NCBI RefSeq assembly: GCF_009834535.1
Contig: NC_045698.1
Location: forward strand, 3,164,001 to 3,228,000
From: Camelus ferus
Taxonomy: Eukaryota
DNA length: 64,000 nt
Direction of reading: 5' to 3'
Part shown: positions 41,415 to 53,860 of the stretch, in pieces
Layout of the letters: every line of letters begins with the position of its first letter
Numbering within the stretch: position 1 is the stretch's first letter
Made by a program: the position numbers and the translations under genes
Notes under the pieces: model-generated
The model's database searches: none
Told to the model about the DNA's origin: nothing
What the model saw: the letters and a program-made list of their open reading frames with translations, nothing else

Positions 41415-41596
41415 ATAAATCTTTGTTAACCCAAGATTAAAAAAATTGTTCCCCTGTGTTTTCTGCTGTACACTTTATAGTTTTACATTTTATATTTAAA
41501 TCTGTGATTCGTTTTGAACTAATTTTGTGTATGATATGAGGTACAGATTGGAGAGTTTTTGTTTGGTTTTTGTTCTGATTTTTGCCTATTAATATC
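41415..41596 (-). mobile_element. L1 ORF2 fragment
   Basis: tttatagttttacattttatatttaaatctgtgattcgttttgaactaattttgtgtatgatatgaggta. Confidence 0.75.
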
Positions 41597-41952
41597 TGTG
41601 TTAGTTTGCTGGTGATCATAGAAAATACCACAGCCTGGGTGGCTTAAACAGCAGAAGTGTTTTTTCTCACAGTTCTGGAGGCTGGAAAGTCCACGATCGA
41701 GGTGTCTGCAGGTTTAACTTCTCCTGAGGCCTCTCTCCTTGGCTTGCAGATGGCGTCTCCCCGTGTCCTCACATGGACCCGCTCAGTCTGTGTTGTCTGT
41801 GCCCCAGTCTCTGCTTCTTACTATGACAGTGGTCATAAGATTAGGCTAACCATATGACTTGATTTTACCTTACTTTCCTATTTAAAGGCCCTGTCTCCAT
41901 GCAGCCATATTCTGAGGGCCTGGGAATTAGGACTTCAACATTTGAATGTGGA
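41597..41952 (-). mobile_element. MaLR LTR (MLT1A/B-like)
   Basis: aaaataccacagcctgggtggcttaaacagcagaag...ctcacagttctggaggctggaaagtcc...ttaggacttcaaca. Confidence 0.88.
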
Positions 41953-41964
41953 AAAATAGACAAA

Positions 41965-42675
41965 TACATGATTATATTCAGAGTCAATACCCTTCTTCAA
42001 CGATTGGTAAAACAAATAGACAGAAACCATATGTCACCTCCATAGAAACAGAAAAATTATTTGACCATATTTAATATTTATTACTGATAAATACTCCTGG
42101 CACACTAGAGAGAGAAGGTGACATCCTGAACTTGAAATGACATCTACAGAAAACATACAGTGAACAGCACATTTAATGCTGGAAAAATGTGTGCTTCCTT
42201 TCTCAGATCAGAAACAAGAAGAGGTTGCCTGCTCTCACTACTTCTGTTCAAATTTGTGCTGAAACTTTCAGCTAGTGCAATAAGAACAAAAGAATAAATA
42301 AATAAAAGCCGTCCAGATTGGAAGCAAAAAAATAAATTGTCTTTATTCTCAGACATCATGATTGTTGACATAGAAATCTGATGGGATCTACAAAAAATAA
42401 GAGAAATAATAAGTGGATTTATCAAGGCAATTGCATATAAGAATGCAATGTGTGAAAAGCAATTCTACATTCTAACCACAAACCATCTGAAATTTAAACA
42501 TTTAAAAGCGGGATTTATAACATTACAAGAATATGAAATACTTAGGGATAAAATTATAGAAGACCTGCAAGCTCTGTATACTGAACTCTATAAAACTTGA
42601 TGAGAGAAATTAAAGGAGACCTAAATAGATGAAAGATCTGTGTTGCTCATGGACTTGGAAGACTTAAGATATTTC
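41965..42675 (+). mobile_element. Old L1 ORF2 (RT region) fragment
   Basis: agatcagaaacaagaagaggttgcctgctctcactacttctgttcaa...agacatcatgattgt...tacttagggataaa, matching the RQGCPLSPLLF, ADDMI and KYLGI regions. Confidence 0.85.
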
Positions 42676-42723
42676 ACTAGGTGGCCATGCTATACTGCAT
42701 GCAGGACAGACTAGAATGTGAAT

Positions 42724-43211
42724 GTGACCAAGGACAAAAGGCAGAAAATTACAACCCAGAGAAGGAACTATGCCTGATTCAAGGGCACTGAAAATCAAGT
42801 GCTGCGTGCTGACTTACAGCAAGAAGGGAGGGGAAGTAGTCAAGATCCAGCCCCTTGCAATGTGTCTGCCCCCACAGCAAAGGGATGCAGTCTGTAGCTG
42901 ATGCTGGTGATGTGTTTGTGCACACCCCAATTCATGCTACAGTAGAAGGAACCCCACCACTTGCCCAGTGTGATCTAAGACACAAAAAGCTGAGGGCATG
43001 CCTGAGGGCCATGGCTACATGCATAGCTAAGCAGTTTTGAGAAATGTTTGCATGCACCCAGTGCAGAGGGAGCAGGGATATACTGACTGCGCTCTGAGCT
43101 CTTTGCATGCAATGTGATTTGTGAGCTGGCCAGCACATCCTGTACCTGGAATAATGCTTTTCTTGGGAACACAGGGGAGACATCAGGTTATGCTTGGACC
43201 CTACCCTCACA
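42724..43211 (+). mobile_element. Probable ERV solo LTR, family unassigned
   Basis: About 490-bp GC-richer block between L1 fragments, with TGTGA...CCCTCACA ends. Confidence 0.4.
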
Positions 43212-43214
43212 TTT

Positions 43215-44770
43215 CATGTTTTAGGATGCTCTGTTATTAGGTGAATAAACATTTATATTTTGTAATCTCTTTTTGATGAATATACTTCTTTGCCATTAGG
43301 AAATGTCCTTATTTTTCCCTGGTTACATATATATATTTGCTTTGAAAACTACATTGTTTCAGGTTAGTGTAGTCAAATCAGCTTTTTAAAATTATTACTG
43401 ACGTATATTTTGTTTTTCAACTTCTTACTTTTAATGTATGTGTACCTTTATATTTAAAGCCCTTGTCTTGCAGGCTGAAAATATTTGTCATGCTTTTTTA
43501 TCAAATATAACAATCTCTGCCTTTTAATAGGAGGTTTAGACCATTTATATTTAATGTGATTACTAATATGGTTAAGTTTTAGTCTACTGTTTCCTTTATA
43601 CTTCCCCCCACATTTTCTTTGTCTTTTTTTTCTATTTTTCTGCCATTTTTTGGATTATCTAGTATGGTTTGCAGTATCATTTATCTTTGTGTACACTTAA
43701 GAGCAATAACTCTTACTATACTTCTATTTTAGTGGTTACCATAGGGTTCCGAGTGTACATCTTAGATTTACCACTAGCTATCTTCAAATAGTAATATATG
43801 ACTTCATATAGAATATAAAAAAACTTACAGTACTATGCTGCAGGTTTTTTCTGACTGGCTCTTATGTTAATTTTGTCACACGTTTAATTTTGTATGTGTT
43901 ATAAATCCCATTCAATATTGTTGTTATTTTTATATAAACAGTTAAGTTGGATAAAGAGAAAAACTCTCGTGTACTTACAGATGTGGTTATGATTTCCAGG
44001 GTTCTCCATGCCTTTGTGTGAATTTGCATTTCACCAGATACCACTTTTCTCCTGCCTGAAGGACTCCTTTTAACCTTTCCGATAGTTCGCATTTACCAGC
44101 GATGAGCTCTTTCATCCTTTGTGTGTCTGGCCTTGTCTTCATTTCCCCTTTTTATATAATTTGTCTTTAACTTTTTTTTTCATTCAACACTTTAAGTTGT
44201 TGCACCACTCTCTTCTTGAGGGCACCGATTCTGAGGGGAAGTCTGCCCTCATGCTTCCATGTGTCTCTGCATAACGTTTAGTTTTCCTCCCGTGGCTGCT
44301 TATGATATTTCCTCTTCATCACTAGTTTGGAGAAATTTGATCATGGTACCTTGGTGTATTTTCCTCATGTTTCTTGCACTTGATGTTCACTGAGATTCTT
44401 GTATCTAGTGGTTTATAGTTTGCATCAAATTTGAAAAAAAAAATCAGCCATTATTGTTTCAGTTTTTTGTTCTGTCTTCCATTTCTCTCCTCCCTTCTGA
44501 GAGTGTGAACTATACTTCTGCCCAGCTAGCTGGTGCTGTCCCACAGAACACTGGTTCTCTTCTCATTTCTCTTGATTCTCTTTTCTCTCTTGCTTAAGTT
44601 GTGGTAGTTTCAATTGCTCTCCTTTAAAGTTTATTTGTCTTTTATTCTGCAATGTTAAATCTGTTTTTCACTCTACTCAGGGTATTTTTCTCTCACACAA
44701 TGTAGTTTAGATCATTAGAAGTTTGATTTAAGTCCTTTGTATATCTTCCATGGAATACAATTATAATAAC
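43215..44770 (-). mobile_element. Old L1 ORF1 / ORF2-start region
   Basis: gctctgttattaggtg...aatctctgccttttaataggaggtttagaccatttatatttaatgtgatt (antisense endonuclease) followed by antisense ORF1-like sequence. Confidence 0.8.
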
Positions 44771-45632
44771 TTTTAAAAAATAACATTGTGAAGGTAATAT
44801 AGTGACGTCCCATATCCCCAAACAAGTTTCCTCTCTTATTATGTTAGTATAGGGTGATTTCTTCAGTCGATGAACACATACTGATGTTTTATAATTAACT
44901 AGAGTCCATACTGCATTCAGATTTCTTTGGTTTCACCTACTCTTTTCTATTCTGGGATCCCAGTCAGGATCTCATGTTACATTTAGTCATCATGTCCTGT
45001 CTTTACAGGTTCCTCTTAAAGGTGATAGCTTATCAGATTGTCCTTGTGTTTCTTTTTTTAAGTTCTTGACAGTTTTGAGGAATACAGGTCAAGTATTTTG
45101 TATAATGTCCTCAAATAGAATATATCTATTTGAGAAATACAAATGTTTCTTCCATAATGAGAGTAGGGTCATGTGTTTTGTGGAAGAAAACAGTAGAAAT
45201 GTGTGTTTTTTACCACATCTTACTAAAGGTATTCACTATTAGTATGACTTGCAACTGTTGACATTAATAATGATTATTCAGTGGAGTTAGTGCTTGTCAG
45301 GTCTTTCTACTGTAGTTATTATAACAGCCCACACTTAGGAGTAGGGGGAGAGTAAATGCATAAATTGTTGGAGTTCTCTCTCATTTATTCTCTTATTTAT
45401 TTAATTATTTATTTATACCAGTAGGGACCCATGGATATTTATTTTGTATTTTGTATTATAATCTTTATTTTATTTTATCTAAACTTTATTTTCTTAATTG
45501 TTCAAGATTTGGCCATTGGCAGCTTTGTCATTTGGCTCCTGTCTCTGGGTCCCTATGACATACCTTCGTCATTCTTTTTTTGAGTTCTTCTTTGCTTTCT
45601 CTCACTGCAAGATGCTCCTTGTTCCACAAGGT

Positions 45633-45830
45633 CATTGTGGGAGAATTAATTAACATCCCTCCAAAGATATCCACAGCCTAATCCCTAGAACTTATAAAAG
45701 TTACACATTCTTTTACAACAAAAGGAAGTGTGTAGATGTGACTAAGTGAAGACTCATGTGATGGGGAGGTTTTCTCTGTTACCTGGAAGGGTCCTAAACA
45801 TAGTCAGTAGTGTCCTTACAAGAGGAGGCA
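45633..45830 (+). mobile_element. MaLR LTR 5' half (MLT1D-like)
   Basis: ccaaagatatccacagccctaatccctagaact...gtgtagatgtgactaag...gtccttacaagaggaggca. Confidence 0.7.
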
Positions 45831-48251
45831 CTGTTCCTACACTGTCTCAGCCAGTGGAGTAAGAAGATGCATGTGTATGTAGTAACCTGTGTGTTCACAA
45901 ATGTCTACAGCATGTGTGTGTATGACCAGCTGTATATTCTTAAGCTACATATGAGTTTATACTGATGTTTGCATCACTAATCTATTCTAGCTCTCTCCCT
46001 TACTCATGAGTAAACCTCCACTCCAACAGTGAAAATTCAGGCATTCACTCACCATGCATCTTCAGTTACACCCAAGCACACACCCACACACTGTTAACCC
46101 ACATCCACGGAAAACAATTTTAGCAGCTAGACTTCAGTGCTTATGTACAGTTTATTTTATCTTTAGTCTTACAGACCCCACTCACTTCCAAATTACCTGG
46201 GTCAGCACCTTTTTCCCCGATGTCAATCAGCAGTTTTTTCACACATTTGTCATATAGACAGATTGTTTTGTCACATTTTGTATCCTATTCTGGGATTCCC
46301 CAACCTCCTAAATGATTTTTCACAAATGTGCATACATAAGGGTTCATTCTTTGTGCTATAAATATCTGTGAGTTTTAACAAATGCATGTTATCGTGTATG
46401 GGCTATTACAACATCAATGCCCTGAAATGTACCCTATAATTTATCTGTTTGACCTTCTCTCCATCCTTCTTCCCAGGACAGTAGATCTTTTTGCTCTCCC
46501 TAAATGTCCCTCTTTTCCAGAACATCATATAATTGGAATCACAGTACAGAATCCAGACTGGTTTCTTTCATTTAGCTCACAAAAGTCTCCAGGTATTATC
46601 ATGGCTTGATAACTCATTTATTTTTATTGCTGAATAGTGTTTCATTATAAGGATGCACCAAGTTTGTTTATCCATGCACATGTGGAAAGCCATCTTGGTT
46701 GCTTCCAGTTTTGGTGATTATGAATAAAGATGCTATAAATATTCACATGGAAGTTACTGTGTTAACATAGATTCCAAATCAGTTGAATAAATACCTAGAA
46801 GTGTAATTCTTGAATCATGTGGGAAGACTATGTCTGGCTTTGTAAGAAACTGACAAAGTATCTTCCAAAGTGTCTGGGCCATTTTGTACTCCCACCAGCA
46901 TGAATGTGAGTGCTTATTGTTCTGCATTTTTGCCAACAATTGATATAGTCAGGTTTTTGTGGGGCTTTTATTTTTGTGTGGTTTGGGTTTTGCTATTTTT
47001 TAGCCATTTTAATAGGTATTTGGTGATGCCTCTGCTATTTTGATTTGCTGATTTTTTATAATGAATGATGCTGTGCATCTTTTCATATGTGTATTTTCCA
47101 TTTCTATGACTTCTTTGGTGATAATCTGTTCATATAGTTTGCCTATTTTTTGTTTTTTTTCACTTTTGAGAGTTCTTTGAATATTTTGGATACAAATTAT
47201 TTATCAGAAATGTGTTTATAAACCTTTTATTCATTTGTGGCTTATTTAATTATTTATCAGTATATTTTGCATAAAGAACTTATAATTTCAATGAATTATA
47301 ATTTATTAACGTTTTATTTCATGGATCACGTTTTTTGGGCTGTATCTAATATCTCATTACCACACCAAGGTCATGCAGATTTTTCTCCTAAGATTTTTTT
47401 TGTTCTGGAATTTTATAGTTTTGCATTTTACATGTAGGTCTATGATCCATTACGGGTTAATTTTTAAAGTATAATGTTTTTGTCCTTGCATTTTTTTAAA
47501 TTTTTGCAGTCAGACATCTAACTGTTCCAGAACATTTGTTGAGCAGATTTTCCTTCCCCTATCACATTGCCTTTGCTCCTTTTTAAGATCCGTTGCCTGG
47601 GTTTGAGTCTATTTCGGGGCTCTCTATTCTGTTTTATTGATCTAAGCTTATTCTTTCACCAATACATTGTTGTCTTCTTACTGTAGCTTTCATTTTGTCT
47701 TGAAATTGGATATTATAAATTTTCCAAATACAGTCTCCTTCAGTGTTATGTCAGCTCTTCAAGATATTTTAACTTTCACTATGAGTTTTAGAATCAATTT
47801 GTCAATATCTACAAAATACCTTGCTAGAATTTTGATTCTGATCACATTCAATCTATAAATCAGTTTGAGAAGAATTGCCATCCTAACAATATTGAGTTTT
47901 GAAATCTATGAATGTGGACTCCTCTCAATTTACTTAGATTTCCTTTGTATTTTACATGAGTATTTTGTAGTTTTCCACACATGGGCCCTGTACCTCTTTT
48001 GTTGGGTTTGTGCTTATTTTTGCTGACATTGTAAGTGATATTTCTTTTCAATGTTCAAATTCAGACTGTTCATATCTGGCATATAGAAAAGCAGTCACAT
48101 TTTGTACAGTCACGTCATAGCCTGTGACCTTGTTCTGCTTTATCATTGGTATCAGGAGGTTGTTGTTCTGTTGGTGGTGGTGGTGGTGGTTTGGGTTCCC
48201 TGCACAGATGACCATGCCGTCTGTAAACAGAGATTTGTTTCTATATGTATC

Positions 48252-48352
48252 TGTGTCTGTGTGTGTGTGTGTGTGTGTGTATACACACACATGCATATAT
48301 ATATACACACACACACACATGCATATATATTTGTGTGTGTGTGTATATGCAC
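48252..48352. repeat. Compound (TG)n/(TA)n/(CA)n microsatellite with internal palindromes
   Basis: Direct reading. tgtgtgtgtatacacacaca (48272-48291) is a perfect palindrome. Confidence 0.9.
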
Positions 48353-48493
48353 TTCTTTTTCTATCTTACTATAGTAATTAGGACGTCCAGAAAAATTTTG
48401 AGTAGAACTGATGAGAGAGAGCATTCTTGCCTTGTTCTCCATCTGAAATATAAGCATCTTATTATTCAACCTTAATTACGATGTTATTAAAGT

Positions 48494-48746
48494 TAGTGAA
48501 GTAAGTCAGATAAGGACAAATACCATGATGATATCATTTATGTGTGGAATCTAAAAAGAATGATATGAATGAACTTACTTACAAACCAGAAATAGACTCA
48601 CAGACATAGAAAACAAACTCTGGTTACCAAAGGGGAAAGGAGGGGAGGGATAAACGGGGAGTTTGGGCATAGCAGATACACACTACTATATATAAAATAG
48701 ATACACAACAAGGACCTACTGTACAGCACAGGGAACTATACTCAAT
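48494..48746 (+). mobile_element. Young camelid-type L1 3' fragment lacking the terminal part and tail
   Basis: agtgaagtaagtcaga...gtggaatctaaaaa...ggttaccaaaggggaaagg...gtacagcacagggaactatactcaat, homologous to 29440-29700. Confidence 0.9.
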
Positions 48747-48821
48747 TAAAACATTATGATATTGCTAAGATTTATGTCAGAGTATGTTTTGCCTATGTTT
48801 TCTTCGAGGAGATGTATCATC

Positions 48822-49010
48822 TCTTTTGGCCATGTGAGGACACAGTGAGAAGGTGGCCGTCTACAAGCCAGAAAGAAAGCTCACACCAGACTCTGACCAT
48901 GATGGCACCCTGATCTTGAACTTCAAGCTTCCAGAACCAGGAGAAATGTGTTTTCGTCCTGTAGGCTGCCCAGCGTACGACATTCAGCTGCGGCAGCTCA
49001 AGCCGACTGT
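48822..49010 (+). mobile_element. MaLR LTR 3' half (MLT1A/B-like)
   Basis: gccatgtgaggacacagtgagaaggtggccgtctacaagccag...ggcaccctgatcttgaacttc. Confidence 0.85.
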
Positions 49011-50229
49011 TCCTCTTTTTTTGACAACCCGTGTACATTGTGTGTCCACTATTTAAAAAAGAAAAGTCTCAAATAATTTGTATTCTGTTAGAAGATGCAG
49101 TCCTCTGCCAAGTTAATGAGAGAAGCACCAGGAACTGAATTTTCTCATTCCTGGGAATGGTCCTGTGCAGTGTTTTCTTGGCTGTGAGTTTCAGCAGGAA
49201 ATGTTGGTGCAAAGGGAGGCACTCTCTTTAGACTTGTCTCCAACAGGATGTTTGTTGGCACCGTTCACTGGGTAGACTTAGGACATGGAGGGTGACAAGC
49301 TGCATGGAGTAGGCACTTTCCAATCCCATCTCCAATAGAATGAATAATTTCAAAGCGTGAACTGTGATGGCATGGACAGGAACACCTGATGCCTTGCTCT
49401 GTAGTGAACCCTGTCACTGTGGACACTGCGGCCCTGAAGCCACCAAGTCATTATCATCCCATCATGCCTTCCTGCTCCAACTCCCACACCTGGAGCACCT
49501 TCAACAAGTCCTGACATAAACAGCTCTTCTTTTCCTGCTGGACCCTCTCTCCTTTGTAAAATTTCTCTGCAGTTTTCTCAGCTTCACCTTCCATCTCCAC
49601 CTTCCATCTCAGCTTTGAAGATTAAATGCTCTTCAAAAACTCACAGCTGTGGTGTTTAAATTTCCAAGTTACAGACTCTCCAACATTATCATAGACAAAT
49701 ACTCCTTCTATAAATGCCATTAAATATTGATTCATTTTCTTGACTGAGAACTAACTTCCCTGCTCACACATTAACTTTGAAGAGAATTTTTTTTCCTACA
49801 AAACCTAATGTTAATAAGCAAACAAATTAACAAGTAAACATCTCAGCTTCTGAGGGAGGACAATGCAGGAGTAAGCAGTGTAAGCCTGAGACTGGCTGCT
49901 GGCTGGGGGCACTTGGCTTGGTCCCCCTTTGGATGGTGTAAGTGGAAAGAGAGGGCCAGGGCAGTGCAGGCCCCGTGTGTCTGGGTTATGAGGAGGAGGG
50001 AGCCATTCTTAGGGAAATTCCACTGCAAACAAAGCGCACTCTGATACCTAAATAAATAATTCCACTAAGGGAGGTTTAGGACATCTGGTGATAATGCAGC
50101 CTTGGAAGTGGTTTGATAAACTTGAGGGTAGAGGAGCCACCCTTTCTGAATCTGTGTCTCTGTTTATATCACCATTTTCCTTGTAGTTTTTAGCAATATG
50201 ATGATGCTCCCATTTTATTCCTGCTGATA

Positions 50230-50490
50230 TTCAGGCATGCTGGGAACACGCTTCCTGCCTGGATGACATTAATTTCATGTGTGCACATAGACAGATGGAC
50301 ACAAATCATACTATACTGGAGATATAATCTGTTGGTCTAATTGCCATGCAGTAGAGAGGAGGGCAGTGTCAGAAAAACTTTCACAAAGAAGAGGTTTGGT
50401 CAGGGTCTCAAAAGATACTCTGTATGGAAAAGAAAGTGAGGGTCTTCCATGAAGAGGGAGCAGCAGGTGCAGGACCACGAGGTCTGAAAG
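50230..50490 (-). mobile_element. L2 fragment
   Basis: gtcagaaaaactttcacaaagaag...gaagagggagcagcaggtgca resembles antisense L2. Confidence 0.4.
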
Positions 50491-50654
50491 ATGACTCCCG
50501 GAAAGTCACGTCATCACACCCTAGATTCTGTTTGGAGCACCGATGAAATATGAGTCTGGGGAACTCAAGGATTCAATGACAGTCAGATTGGATTTTATTT
50601 ACTGGTATCTTGAGTTTGCAAACAATCTTATTTTTCATCAAACAATAGGGCCTT

Positions 50655-52100
50655 TTTTAAGACTAGATTTTTACATTTAAGAGCAGTTTTAGGTGCGCAG
50701 CAAAGTTAAGAGGAAGTTACATGTATTTCCCACGTCTCTCCCTCCCCCCGTACAGGCACGGCCTCCCCCCTTGTCAGCATCCTCCACCAGGTGGTACAGT
50801 TGTTACAACTGATGAGCCTACGTGGACACACGACTGTCATCCAAAGTCCTTAGCTTACATCATCCTTGGTGCTGCACTTTACTTGAGTTTGGACAAATGT
50901 ATAATGAGATGTATCTATCATTGCAGCACCATAGTGGGTATTTTCTCTGCCTAAAAACCCTTGGCTTTGCCCACATACGTCTCCCACAACACCCTGCCCC
51001 TGGAAATCACTGATCTTTTTGCTACCTCCATAGTTTTGCTTTTTAAAAGAGTGTCATATAGTTGGAACTATAGAGAGTGCAGCCTTTACAGATTGGCTTC
51101 TTTCACTTAGTAGCATGCAGGTAAGTTTCCTCCATGACTTTTCACGGCTTGATAACTCATTTCTCCTTTAGCACTGAATAATACTCCATTGTTTGAATGG
51201 ACCCTAGTTTATTTACTCATTCGTCTACTGAAGACACCAGGGTTGCTTCTAAGTTTTGAAAATTATTTATAAAGCTACCACTAATATCCATGTGAAGGTT
51301 TTTGTGTGGACATAAGTCTTCAACTCCTTCGAGTATACACCAAAGAGTATGATTTCTGGGCTGCGTGGCAAGGATAGGTTTAGTTTTATAAGAAACTGCT
51401 AGACTGTCTTCCGAAGTGTGTGTACATTTTGCATTCCCTCCAGCCATGAATGAAAGTTCCTATTGCTCCGCATCCCTGCCAGCATTTGGCATTGTCAGTG
51501 TTCTAGATTTTGGCCATTCTAATGGTATACAGTCGTATCTTGCTGTTTAATTTTTAATGTTTGCATTTCAGTGATGACATACAATATGGAGAATAGTTCC
51601 TTATGTTTATTTCCACCTGTGTATCTTCTTTGATGAGGTATCTGTTAAGGTCTTTGACCCATTTTTCTATTCACGTTGTTTGTATTCTTGCTGTCGTGTT
51701 TTCAGATTTCTTTGTGCGTTTTATGTACTAGTCCTTTATCAGATGTGTCCTTGTAAGTATTTCCCCCTACTCTGTGGCTTGTCTTTTCAGTCTCTTGACA
51801 TCGTCTTTCACAGAGCAAAAGTTTGTGATGTTAATTAATTTTAAGAAAGTCCAGCTTATCAATTATTTCCTTTGTGAATCATGACTGAGTTGTATCTAGA
51901 AAGCCATCACCATATCCAACATGATCTATGTTATCTTCTAGGACTGTTATAATTTTATACTTTATATCTCAATCTGTGACCCATTTTGAGCTAATTTTTG
52001 TGAAGGGTGTAAAGTCTGTCTAGATTCATGTTTTTGCAGGTGGATGTACAGGTTTTCCAGCATCACTTGTTGAAAAGACTATTCTTTGCTCCATCAATTG
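50655..52100 (-). mobile_element. L1MC1/L1MB-like 3' end plus ORF2 3' part
   Basis: agagcagttttaggtgcgcagcaaagttaagaggaag terminus and gtggtacagttgttacaactgatgagcctac. Antisense ORF2 end motifs continue to ttccagcatcacttgttgaaaagact. Confidence 0.88.
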
Positions 52101-53289
52101 AGCCTTTGTTCAAGTAAACTATGCAAGACTCTGCTTGAAACCACGTAGCAGATTTGATTCAGATACTTTCCGTGTGGCTGTGAAGAGCTGGAGTCTCCTC
52201 TCCCACAGAAAGGCCCAAGGCAGTGAATGAAAGGATCCAACTTTCAGACCCTCTTTGAAAGGTTACTGCTGCAGCTAACAGAGGATTTTAAATAAGGTAT
52301 TGACAAGATTATAATGTTCTCCAGGTTAAAAAATGAGAATTCAGGTGAGACTCATAAGTAATAGTGGGAAAAGAAAGGAGAGGGGCTGTGAGATTGTTCC
52401 AAGACCACACTGACTCAAATATTTAAAGCCTTCAGGTTTAGCTCGGGGTGGAAATGCCATTAATTAATAAGGACTCATGTAGAGAAGCAGGTTGGGTTTA
52501 GAAAGGTGGGACATGCTGATGGACGACCAAGGCAGGGGTGCCCAGTGGGAAACACGGCTCTGAACACCAGCCAAAGGAGGAGGGGCTGGTGGGGGATGCT
52601 CAGGCTGTGGACCCAAGTGGTACCCACGAAAAAAGCAAGAAGAGGATAAGGATGAGGTCTGAAGTTGGGACCTCAACAATTACACAATTTCCTAGAAAGC
52701 CAGGAAGAAAACCCCTTCATCCAGTGAACGGAGCACTGAATGGCAAGCCTCCTCCACAAAATGGTGCTAATCGTGGGAGGTGGACAACATACTTGAACTA
52801 GTTTAAAGTCCATGACCAACACATCGTCTGAAACCACACAGATGGGCTTGACAAACACACCACGACAGGAAATGTTGAACTTCGCTGACCCTAGTGAGAA
52901 GGCAGGGGGCCACAGCCACACCTGCTGTAACCCAGTGGGAGCTCTGTGTGGTCACCTTGGCCGCCCCTCCTTGGGGTTTGAATTTCAGGTGCTGTAGAAA
53001 GCAGTGTCTGTGCTACGCTTTCAAAACCAAAGCGCCGATTTTCTTCGGTTTCGTTACCAGAACCTCGTTGCTTTGCACCAGCTGTCCTTCTGGATCTCCG
53101 TCCCCTGGCGTTCGTGCCCCATAGAGTCCCAGTGTCGCAGGTTTCCGCTGGGCGCATAGGCAAACAAAGCTCTTCATTAAGCAAAGTTCTGTGCCTAATG
53201 ATGTTTCCACTTCAGGAAAAGAAATCACACTTCTGTTGTCTGCAGTGGGACTACTGGACATTTTCACTGTGGAGCAAAGAAGCAATAGT

Positions 53290-53560
53290 TCTTTTTTTCC
53301 TTCTTCAGTTTTATTATTATTGCAGCTCAACTGCTCATCCACATTATATTGCATGTAAATACATATATACAGTATACTGCACTTTTTTTTAGTTTACATA
53401 TATGTACTAATTGTTTCTAAGAACAGATTAGATCTTTAGCTTTTTAAACATACATAGTTATCAAGAGAATAAAGCCAGCTACAAAATAAGAATCAACAGA
53501 ATGCAGTAATCCAATCATAAAGGACAGTCAGATGTGCTTACACATATTAGAGAAATCAAA
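53290..53560 (-). pseudogene. Possible retrocopied mRNA 3' UTR fragment, or a genuine minus-strand polyA site
   Basis: The minus strand reads AT-rich UTR-like sequence ending gcaataatAATAAAactgaagaagg followed by ~8 A. Parent gene not identified. Confidence 0.3.
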
Positions 53561-53564
53561 ATAA

Positions 53565-53860
53565 TTATTTCATTTACAATTTGTGTTAGTTTCTGTTGTA
53601 CAGTATAGTGATTCATTTATACATATATATATATTATTTTTATATCGCTTTCATTATAGGATATCATAGGCTACTGAATATAATTCCCTGTGCTAATACA
53701 CTAGGACCTTGTTGTTTATCTATTTTATATACAGTAGTGTATATCTGCTAATCCCAAACTCCAATTTTATTCCGCCCTTCCCTTTCCCTCTGGTGACCAT
53801 AAGCTTTTCTCCTATGTCTGTAAGTTTGTTTCCATTTTGTAAATAAGTTCACTTGTGTCA
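53565..53860 (-). mobile_element. Young cetartiodactyl-type L1 3' UTR fragment
   Basis: tttacaatttgtgttagtttctgttgtacag...ttccctgtgcta...ggaccttgttgtttatctattttatatac...ggtgaccataag...ttttgtaaataagttc. Confidence 0.88.

Larger units (their letters stand above)
44780..48485 (-). mobile_element. L1MC-like element (long 3' UTR plus ORF2 3' half) with an internal MLT1 fragment and microsatellites
   Basis: Antisense L1MC 3' UTR motifs. ORF 46754-46939 (WEYKMAQTLWK...HDSRITLLGIY) resembles the ORF2 C-terminus. Further antisense ORF2 motifs run to ~48480. Confidence 0.85.

Noticed and set aside
48048..48475. Multiple ORFs with HT/CV/W repeats
   Set aside because: These are translations of microsatellites.
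50784..50797. CTCF-like ccaccaggtggtac
   Set aside because: It lies in an L1 3' UTR segment whose consensus already resembles this sequence, and there is no independent support.
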